The notes beneath the pieces are model-generated. The model was not told where the DNA came from and did not search any database. It saw nothing but the letters and a program-made list of their open reading frames with translations. 14,206 bases of DNA from Octopus sinensis. Lineage: Eukaryota. The first letter of the stretch is position 1. Every line of letters starts with the position of its first letter. The stretch lies in the NCBI RefSeq assembly GCF_006345805.1, contig NW_021826092.1, positions 1 through 14,206 of the forward strand. The letters are read 5' to 3'. The position numbers and the translations under genes were made by a program. Below, piece after piece: positions 1 to 8,545 of the stretch.

Positions 1-124
1 TATTAGGTCGATTACATCGACCCCAGTGCGGAACTGGTACTTAATTTATCGACCCCGAAAGGATGAAATGCAAAGTCAACCTCGGCTGAATTTGAACTCA
101 CAACGTAACGACAGACGAAATACC
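1..124 (-). mobile_element. SINE family A, headless unit of a tandem multimer (runs off the window's left edge)
   Basis: Matches the body of the full-length copies (gtcgattacatcgaccccagtgcg...gacgaaatacc). It stops at the internal GGTATTTC position and is joined directly to the tail of the next unit at 124/125. Confidence 0.9.
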
Positions 125-357
125 TATTTCTTTATTACCCACAAGGGGTTAAACACAGAGGAGACAAACAAGGACTGACTAACGGATTAAATCGATTACA
201 TCGACCCCAGTGCGGAACTGGTATTTAATTTATCGACCCCGAAAGGATGAAAGGCAAAGTCGACCTCGGCTGAATTTGAACTCACAACGTAACGAAAGAC
301 GAAATACCGCTAAGCATTTCGCCCGGCGTGCTAACGTTTCTGCCAGCTCGCCGCCTT
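125..357 (-). mobile_element. tRNA-derived SINE family A, full-length (~230 bp)
   Basis: Minus strand reads ggcggcgagctggcagaaacgttag (A-box-like) ... gagttcaaattc (B-box-like; gtgagttcaaattc here) ... gcctttcatcctttcggggtcgataaatt (central domain) ... gtgggtaataaagaaata. About 10 copies are in the window. The central domain recalls conserved Deu/Nin- or Meta-type SINE domains; this is not verified. Confidence 0.92.
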
Positions 358-449
358 CGATAAATTAAGTACCAGTTGCGTACTGGGTCGATCTAATCGA
401 CTGACCCCCTCCCCCAAAATGTCAGGCCTTGTGCTTAGTGTAGGAAAGC
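358..449 (+). mobile_element. 3' fragment of SINE subfamily B (same central domain, alternative tail)
   Basis: cgataaattaagtaccagttgcgtactgggtcgatctaatcgac is the family-A central domain. It is followed by a different tail (ccccctcccccaaaatgtcaggccttgtgcttagtgtaggaaag) resembling the reverse complement of 5821-5870. Confidence 0.8.
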
Positions 450-491
450 ATATATAGTAAATTAAATGTTTTCAGTGGTGGCAGGTGAATA

Positions 492-725
492 TATTTCTTT
501 ACTACCCACAAGGGGCTAAACACAGAGGGGGACAAACAAGGACAGACAAACGGATTAAGTCGATTACATCGACCCCAGTGCGTAACTGGTGCTTAATTTA
601 TCGACCCCGAAAGGATGAAAAGCAAAGTCGACCTCGACGGAATTTGAACTCAGAACGTAACGGCAGACGAAATACCGCTAAGCATTTCGCCCGGCGTGCT
701 AACGTTTCTGCCAGCTCGCCGCCTT
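492..725 (-). mobile_element. SINE family A, full-length, 16-bp target-site duplication
   Basis: Complete head, body and tail. tggtggcaggtgaata occurs at 476-491 and 726-741. Confidence 0.93.
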
Positions 726-749
726 TGGTGGCAGGTGAATAAGTGAATA

Positions 750-978
750 TATTTCTTTATTACCCACAAGGGGCTAAACACAGAGGGGACAAACAGGACA
801 GACAAACGGATTAAGTCGATTACATCGACCCCAGTGCGTAACTGGTACTTAATTAATCGACCCCGAAAGGATGAAAGGCAAAGTCGACCCGGCGGAATTT
901 GAACTCAGACGTACGGCAGACGAAATACGGCTACGCATTTCGCCCGGCGTGCTAACGTTTCTGCCAGCTCGCCGCCTT
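750..978 (-). mobile_element. SINE family A, full-length, flanked by a 24-bp direct repeat
   Basis: Complete copy with several 1-nt deletions. tggtggcaggtgaataagtgaata occurs at 726-749 and 979-1002. Confidence 0.9.
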
Positions 979-1095
979 TGGTGGCAGGTGAATAAGTGAA
1001 TAGATATGTGTCTAGTTTTGTCTACGTCAGTGCTACAGAAGCATAATTAAGTCCCAGGAAAAAAATCATGCAATTTAATTTACATAGATGATCTG

Positions 1096-1100
<5 letters not shown>

Positions 1101-1153
<53 letters not shown>

Positions 1154-1593
1154 GTTCATCACTCTCTCACTCTCTTTCTCCCCTTCTCTGTCTCTGTTAC
1201 ACACACACACACACTCACACACACACGCACACACACGAATACATACTTCGGTACATTTACATGAAAAAAGGCAGAGGGAGATAGAAATAAAAACTGAGCA
1301 TTTAATTGTAAGGGGATAAGGGTTATTCATACACACACGCATACATACATACATACAGACTGACAAACACAGACATATACATATACACACATATACATAC
1401 ATTACAGAAACACACGCACACACACACACCACGCAGCACATACACACACGCACATACACACATAAGTATGTACACATAATTGAAAACAGTATACTTACGC
1501 ATGTAGGAATAAAAATTATATGTATATGTTTATATTTACAGATAGATACATAGGTAGACAGACAGACAGACAGACAGACAGATAGACAGGCAG

Positions 1594-1626
<33 letters not shown>

Positions 1627-1640
1627 GATAAATAGATAGA
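1101..1640. repeat. Compound microsatellite region: (CT)n, (CA)n, (CATA)n, (GACA)n/(GATA)n, (TA)n
   Basis: Directly visible simple repeats with short unique spacers. Confidence 0.95.
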
Positions 1641-1710
1641 TAGACGAATAACTTTCAACCGCTTTGTCTATATTTTTCTTGTTTGCCTTATATCATTTTC
1701 TTATATCATA

Positions 1711-2008
1711 CTAGCAGTATCGCCCGGCGTTGCTCGGGTTTGTAAGGGAAATAACTATATAAGCATTTTTAGAGAGTTATAGCCAAAAGATAGCAAAAAC
1801 AAATGCATTAAAAATGGAAAAAAATGATGGTAATTTTTTTTTTTAAAGCGTAGATTCATCGTAGACACGCGCTAATACCCAGAAGGGCTCGATATGAATC
1901 ACGACTATAAGATACCCGGTTTTGGTTAAACTGCACCGCAAAATGTTGGAGTAGTTAGGAATCTAAATCGTAGGAGACAGGCACACAACTTCACTTTATA
2001 TATAAAGA
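1711..2008 (-). mobile_element. Non-autonomous Helitron, ~298 bp (family H1)
   Basis: Minus strand starts A|TCTTTATATATAAAG and ends cccgagcaacgccggg (GC-rich imperfect hairpin) ... CTAG|T. It sits between A and T with no TSD, the canonical Helitron termini. A related copy is at 13827. Confidence 0.88.
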
Positions 2009-2182
2009 TATAACGTGAAAGTTTTTAATATACTTCCATCCTCATGCTTTCTCCTTAACACAGACAGACACACGCACACACATACACGCGCGCATTTATG
2101 TATACATACACTTACTATCGACTTCGATCTTCCTCACTTTCAGATACACATCCGCACGTACATGCACGCATTCAAAATACGC

Positions 2183-2192
<10 letters not shown>

Positions 2193-2239
<47 letters not shown>

Positions 2240-2257
2240 ATATATATATGTATATAT
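2193..2257. repeat. (TA)n microsatellite
   Basis: Near-perfect TA run. Confidence 0.97.
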
Positions 2258-2327
2258 TTAAAGCCCTTGCGCGAATCTCACTCCCTCATTGTTTCTCCCC
2301 CGTTTCTCTCTCACTTTCGCTCTCTCT

Positions 2328-2340
<13 letters not shown>

Positions 2341-2366
<26 letters not shown>

Positions 2367-2626
2367 CTATCGTTCTCTCTTCCTTTATCTTTTTAAGTTA
2401 TTCCTTTCTATCGCATCTCCCGTCTTCTCTGTATATTCCGCCACTTCTACCCGCTCTTCTTCTTCTATCCGATTGCAAACACATTCTCTAAAGCTAACGC
2501 GTCATACTCACCTTCCTCTCTAAACTATATCTCATGTCACTCTCTCTATGTACAATATTAACACTCCTTCCATAGTCTCTTTAGCGTTTCGTCTCTATTA
2601 TATAATTTTTTTAAACTATTCTACAC

Positions 2627-2675
<49 letters not shown>

Positions 2676-2970
2676 TTCTTTCTTTCTATCGTTCTCTCTT
2701 CCTTTATCTTTTTAAGTTATTCCTTTCTATCGCATCTCCCGTCTTCTCTGTATATTCCGCCACTTCTACCCGCTCTTCTTCTTCCATCCGATTGCAAACA
2801 CATTCTCTAAAGCTAACGCGTCATACTCACCTTCCTCTCTAAACTATATCTCATGTCACTCTCTCTATGTACAATATTAACACTCCTTCCATAGTCTCTT
2901 TAGCGGTTCGTCTCTATTATATAATTTTTTAAACTATTCTACACATCTCTATCTCTCTCTCTCTCTCTCT
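2341..2970. repeat. Two-unit tandem duplication, period 319 bp, bounded by (CT)n runs
   Basis: cgttctctcttcctttatc starts at 2371 and 2690. The ~275-bp unique parts differ at about 3 positions. Confidence 0.93.
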
Positions 2971-3127
2971 CAGTCTGTTTGTCCCTCTCCTTTCTCTCTT
3001 TCTCGTCTCTTTGTTCGTTCCCGTTACTCTCCATTTCTTCTTGATATTTTTGGTTTCATATCTTTTTTTATAATCTTTCGCATCGTCCCTGTTCTTTCTC
3101 TTGTTTTATGGTCCTGCTTTATATACA

Positions 3128-3201
3128 CACAATACACATACACACATACACACACACGCACATCCAATATTTGTTTGTGTATATATCCATCCAAATATGT
3201 A

Positions 3202-3274
<73 letters not shown>

Positions 3275-3289
3275 TACATATATACATAT

Positions 3290-3339
<50 letters not shown>

Positions 3340-3340
3340 C

Positions 3341-3397
<57 letters not shown>

Positions 3398-3541
3398 ATA
3401 TACATATGAGTGTATGAATGTATGTATGTATATATATACGCACACACACATTTATGCACCGCTCTAAGTATGCATATATACACATACGCACACATGTATG
3501 TGTACGTGAGTGTACACACACAGATAGATTGATAATTCGAC

Positions 3542-3581
<40 letters not shown>

Positions 3582-3672
3582 GGAAACAAATACATACACA
3601 CATGCAAACATACATACATTCGTACATATATTTGTACATAGATACATGCATACACACAAACATACATACATT
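3128..3672. repeat. Compound microsatellite: (CA)n, (GT)n, long interrupted (TA)n/(CATA)n, (GATA)n at 3542-3581
   Basis: Directly visible. Confidence 0.95.
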
Positions 3673-4225
3673 TATACACTTTTAACAACATTTCTTATTT
3701 CTTCGTCGTCTACAAAACTCTGCTATTCTTTCTTTTCTCTTCATTATTCTTCTTTTGCCTGTCTCCCCCCCTCTCACACTAACCCTTTCTCATTTCTCTT
3801 CTCTCATTCTCTCACCATCTCTCTCTCTTTCTCTCCATCTCTTTCTTTATTTCCTTTCTTTCGTATATCCTGTCACTTCCTCTCTAATTTCCACAAGAAA
3901 TGCTATCCACATTTCACTCAGTATGAGTGATAACTGCTCCAGGAAGTCGAAGATTTTGGCAGATAAGCAAGCAGATGTTCTAAACACAACACGAGTCGTT
4001 CTTTAAGTGGAACTATAGAGCAAACAGGAAGTCTTCGGAATCCATATAAGGCACGTGAAAGCGGTGATCCGGCGGTTGAGACGGAAGGGACTCAGATGCT
4101 CAGTAAACAAGGCTTGAAGGACTTAAACAAACCAAAGCAAAACAAAACAAACAAAAAAAAAAATAGGGGAGAGGGCTCTCTGCTACCCTATCCTTCTTTC
4201 TCTCTATTTTCTCTTTCTCTCTCAG

Positions 4226-4450
4226 CCACACACACACACACACACACGCACGCACGTACACATAATGCATACATATACACTTGTATACTCGCACCTATAC
4301 ATTTACAAACGTATTGACTTGAGGAAGGCGAAGGGAAGATGGGGAGAGAAACATTTGAACAGTTAACTGGAGAAGTATTGGGGGGATGGGTTGAGGGTAT
4401 GCAGGAGTAAGTGGGAGTAAAACTTCAAAAGATTCTCTCATACACACACA

Positions 4451-4495
<45 letters not shown>

Positions 4496-5020
4496 ACACA
4501 CACTCACAAACATACAGAAAGACTCATACAAATATTCTCCTGTTCTCGCGCATACACAGTTTTAACATTAAATATATTAAAAACTATATATATATTCGTA
4601 TATAGGGATGATGCACTTTTCATATATATATTCGTATATATGTACACCACACAACAAAATAAAATACACACATATACATACATTATGCATGTTATACAAA
4701 CACCACACTGCACACAAATACGTTCATGTATGGGCCACACACACACGCATACATACACACGCATACGTCATTAAGCAAGCATACATGCATACACATCACA
4801 CACCCTACAAGCTTATACACACATACTACACACATATATACATCTCAATAATGTATACGCACACACATTACTCATACCTAATACATGAAATTAAACATAT
4901 ACACGCGCAAACGCAAATTCACAAATTCAAACACACCACATCGCTCCACACAATCCGGTAGAAGCGCACACACATACACTGTACATATGTGAAATATAGA
5001 CACACACACATACACACAGA
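4226..5020. repeat. (CA)n microsatellites and degenerate CA-rich low-complexity sequence
   Basis: Runs at 4226-4256 and 4441-4503, with CA/CATA-rich decay between and after them. Confidence 0.85.
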
Positions 5021-5108
5021 CAGACACAGACACTGTCGCTATTACCACAGAAACAAATACAATTGCATACACACATGCACACACAAACACACGCATTGCA
5101 TACACGAA

Positions 5109-5155
<47 letters not shown>

Positions 5156-5450
5156 GACACTGTCGCTATTACCAGACCAGCAAATACAATTGCATACACA
5201 CATGCACACACAAACACACGCATTGCATACACGAAATACACACACACACACATACAGACACTGTCGCTATTACCACACCAGCAAATACAATTGCATACAC
5301 ACACACACACATACACACACTGTCGCTATTACCACACAAGCAAATACAATTGCACACACACACACACACACACACCACACACACACACACACACAAACAC
5401 ACGCATTCATACATGAAATACACATACACACGCACACACACAAGCATGCA
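5021..5450. repeat. Four-unit minisatellite with ~35-bp core ctgtcgctattacca..cagcaaatacaattgca and variable (CA)n linkers
   Basis: Core starts at 5033, 5160, 5261 and 5320. A second motif, caaacacacgcattgcatacacgaaataca, is present in three units. Confidence 0.9.
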
Positions 5451-5820
5451 TAGACATTACATGTGTCATATACACATACACACAACCACTACCATTTCTC
5501 CATAATATCACTCACACAAGCACATATACGCATTGCGGCAATCTTTCGGTATAGGTACATGACATCATTCACCCACACAACGTTCTCTCATGGCATAGAT
5601 AAAAAGATAAAAGCAAGGTTAGGCTGACTAAGACGACTAATGACGTCGTCTTCTCACACCGACACTCTGTACACCAATATTGAAGGAACTCTCACTGTAA
5701 ATGTCACCATTAACACTGAACCAAATTCAATCGCGCACACTAACGAAGAAGAATACAAATAAACATTACGGCTTGCAAATATACACATACATGTCACCAT
5801 TACCACGAACACTACAGAAG

Positions 5821-5980
5821 TTCTTTTCTACTCAAGGCACAAGACTCGAAGTTTTGAGGGAGGGAGCCAGTAATTAGATCGACCCCAGTACGCGATTTAT
5901 CGACCCAGAAAGGATGAAAGGCAAAGTCGACTTCGGCGAAATTTGAACTCATAACGTAAAGACGGAGTGCTAACGTTTCT
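5821..5980 (-). mobile_element. SINE subfamily B copy (alternative tail), with internal deletions and an interrupted head
   Basis: Reverse complement ends gtcttgtgccttgagtagaaaagaa. The central domain and B-box are present. The head stops at agaaacgttagcactccg. Confidence 0.8.
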
Positions 5981-6160
5981 TATTTCTTTATTGTCCACAA
6001 GGGGCTAAACATAGAGGGGGCAAACAAGGACAAAGGGATTAAGCTGATTACATCGAACCCAATGCGTAACTAGTTTTTAATTTATCGGCCCCGAAAGGAT
6101 CAAAGGCACAGTCGACCTTGGCGGAATTTGAACTCAGAACGTAAAGGCCAACACAATACC
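5981..6160 (-). mobile_element. SINE family A headless unit (180 bp, more diverged, catagagggg subtype)
   Basis: Runs from the tail tatttctttattgtccacaag to caatacc. Junction at 6160/6161. Confidence 0.87.
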
Positions 6161-6344
6161 TATTTGTTTACTACCCACAAGGGGCTAAACACAGAGAGGA
6201 CAAACAAGGACAGACAAACAGATTATGTCGATTATATCAACCCCAGTGCGTAACTGGTATTTAACTTATCGACCCCGAAAGGATGAAAGGCAAAGTCGAC
6301 CTCGGCGGAATTTGAACTCAGAACGTAACGGCAGACGAAATACC
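6161..6344 (-). mobile_element. SINE family A headless unit (184 bp)
   Basis: Ends gacgaaatacc and is joined to the next tail at 6344/6345. Confidence 0.9.
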
Positions 6345-6585
6345 TATCTCTTTACGACCCACAAGGGGCTAAACGCAGAGAGGACAAACAAGGACAGACA
6401 AACGGATTAAGTCGATTATATCGACTCCAGTGCGTAACTGGTACTTAATTTATCGACCCCGAAAGGATGAAAGGCAAAGTCGACCTCGGCGGAATTTGAA
6501 CTCATAACGTAGCGGCAGACCGGTAGACGAAATACCGCTAAGCATTTCGCCCGGAGTGCTAACGTTTCTGCCAGCTCTCCGCCTT
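6345..6585 (-). mobile_element. SINE family A head-bearing unit
   Basis: Full head present (ccagctctccgcctt on the + strand), plus an 8-nt internal duplication cggcagac/cggtagac. Confidence 0.9.
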
Positions 6586-7110
6586 ACGGACACTACAGAG
6601 TTAATCCAACCATGTATACACACTCCACACAAAAGCACATAGCATTAACCAAACAGATACATAGAAATATCATTCAATCACAATGTCAAAGCCAAGCTCT
6701 CACAAAACACAGCAAATTAAGCGCGCACACACGCATACGTATGTGTGTGTGCCTTCATGCACATACTCACACGTAATTACTGAAACAAAGACACACATGC
6801 ACACATAGACCAGTGCGTACACACGCACTCACCACACAAAATTCAAACTATATAACTCAATGACATTTATAAATCTATCGAGTGATTGAATGTATCTGTC
6901 AAGTTACAAATCTACTTACAAATTTCTAGCATTACGCATGATCATACAAATAGGCATACGCACATATACACACAATTGCGCGCACACACAAGTACACGTA
7001 TACACACACACACAATGACACACATATACACACACATATACACTCATTCACACACATCTATCAATAATTACAAGTTAACTCACATGCATAATGGCGTATA
7101 TATATATAAT

Positions 7111-7273
7111 GTTCCTTCTTGAGCCATGCCTGGCTTGTAAGGGTCGGTTTCCCAGTTCCAGTAGAAACTCCCCACGTAGACGGGACTCTGGTCCGTCGCA
7201 GGATTACTCATTTTTGCCAGATGAGTGGACTGAAGCAACGTGAAACGAAGTGTTTTGCTCAAGAACACAACGC
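7111..7273 (-). mobile_element. 5'-truncated SINE with CORE/V-like central domain; tail shared with the 7760 copy
   Basis: Minus strand reads gttgtgttcttgagcaaaacacttc...ctgcgacggaccagagtcccgtc...agccaggcatggctcaagaaggaac. The last 35 nt match 7933-7967 at 28/35. The domain naming is from recall only. Confidence 0.7.
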
Positions 7274-7286
7274 ATGCGTTGAGAGC

Positions 7287-7483
7287 AGGGGTAATCCGCC
7301 AGCTCTCTGTCGGGCCAAAGATACCGTAATCAAAAGAAGTTTATATTGTCGTCAAAGGATCCCATGTTGACTCGCAGGTGATTCGAATCTCCTGCGAGTC
7401 ACCATGGGATCCCTTGACGACAGTGTTAACTTTATTTGATTCAGGGTGTCTTTGGCCCGACGTGTAGCTGATGGATTACCCCT
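7287..7483. repeat. 197-bp spacer-less palindrome (fold-back element or MITE-like)
   Basis: Centre at 7384/7385 (gattc|gaatc). Arms of 98 and 99 nt give about 81 Watson-Crick pairs and one bulge. Ends are aggggtaatcc and ggattacccct. Confidence 0.93.
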
Positions 7484-7759
7484 CGCTTGGATAATTACTA
7501 CTTCCGAGTTTCTACTAGCTATGAAACGTATGTAGCCTGGTATTTTATATACTCCGTTCTCTAATTTTAAATTTCTATTCGCATACACAGCAACCCCTGC
7601 TGCTAACCGTAAGCTATAAAATAATTTTTTCAGCCTATCGAACTTCGATACGCGAAAAAATTACAACCTTATTCTTCGATAAATTACTATTGTTCCTGAA
7701 ATTGTTTTTTTATACCTTCTACGGACTGCTTGTAACTTACTATCTTCCTATACACACTA

Positions 7760-7971
7760 GGCACATGGCCTAGTGGTTAGAGCAGCGGACTCGCGGTCGA
7801 GAGATCGCGGGTTCGAATCTCAGACCGGGCGATGTGTATGTTTATGAGCGAAACTCCTAAGCTCTACGCGGCTCCAGTAGAAGGTAATGGCGAACTTCTG
7901 CTGACTCTTTCTCCACAACTTTCTCTCACTCTGGCCCGTATGAGCCAGGTGTGGCTCGAGAAGGAACAAAC
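7760..7971 (+). mobile_element. tRNA-derived SINE family R (variant a), internally deleted
   Basis: A-box TGGCCTAGTGG (7766-7776) and B-box GGTTCGAATC (7810-7819). The body is shared with the 10331 copy, and the tail ends gaaggaacaaac. atcttccta at 7742-7750 and 7972-7980 may be an offset TSD. Confidence 0.87.
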
Positions 7972-8308
7972 ATCTTCCTAAACCTTGATCCTTGGAAACT
8001 TACCTTTACACACGCACATACACGCACACATATATATAAAATTACACTTGATGTAATGTGCATCTGTAACATACATGCATATAGAAAGAGATTTACATAT
8101 AATATCCATGACGATGAATAGAATAATATTTGTTTATTTCTCAATATTTGTATCTTATTGAGATTACATTATGACCTCTATAAAGAAACATGTTTATCGT
8201 CTGGTAATACATACATGCATACACACGCACACACACACACACACACACATACACACACACACACGCACACACACAGATGTATGTATGTATATATGTATGT
8301 ATATATAA

Positions 8309-8545
8309 GGCGGCGTGCTGGCAGACTCGTTAGCGCGCCGGGCGAAATGCTTAGCGGTATTTCGTCTGTCGTTACGTTCTGAGTTCAAATTCCGCCGAGG
8401 TCGACTTTACCTTTCATCCTTTCGGGGTCGATAAATAAAGTACCAGTTTCGCACTGGGTGGGGGGTCGATGTAATCGACTTAATCCCTTTGTCTGTCTTT
8501 GTTTGTCCCCTCTATGTTTAGCCCCTTGTGGGCAATAAAGAAATA
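8309..8545 (+). mobile_element. SINE family A, full-length, G-insert subtype, 20-bp TSD
   Basis: Complete head, body and tail. tatatatgtatgtatatata occurs at 8288-8307 and 8544-8563. Confidence 0.94.

Noticed and set aside
125-357. Retrozyme (hammerhead-bearing tandem repeat) explanation for the ~180-bp multimers
   Set aside because: I found no CTGANGA...GAAA core on either strand of the unit.
485-742. Recurring ORF motif RPRKDE..SRPRRNLNSERNGRRN (also at 6225, 6450 and 8194)
   Set aside because: It is the SINE-A sequence read in frame; the recurrence reflects the repeat, not a gene family.
5021-5450. CRISPR-like repeat/spacer appearance (also the SINE arrays)
   Set aside because: Linkers are (CA)n of very unequal length rather than unique spacers; no cas genes; eukaryotic context.
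1022-5485. Many 60-215 aa ORFs rich in YI, HT, CV or LS dipeptides
   Set aside because: They are translations of TA, CA, GT and CT microsatellites, which lack stops in several frames; no domain content.
7284-7601. agcaggggt (7284-7292) and acccctgct (7593-7601) as hAT-like TIRs of a larger element
   Set aside because: Only 9 bp match and there is no 8-bp TSD; the left motif is already explained as the palindrome end.
7760-7830. Possible tRNA genes (also 10334-10405 and the family-A heads)
   Set aside because: A and B boxes are present, but the cloverleaf stems are broken and each head continues into a SINE body and tail.
7996-8006. Strong minus-strand splice donor AAG|GTAAGT
   Set aside because: The would-be exon upstream is GT/TA microsatellite with no acceptor or coding signal.
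8449-8466. G-quadruplex in the SINE G-rich insert
   Set aside because: At most three G-runs are close together; a canonical intramolecular G4 needs four.
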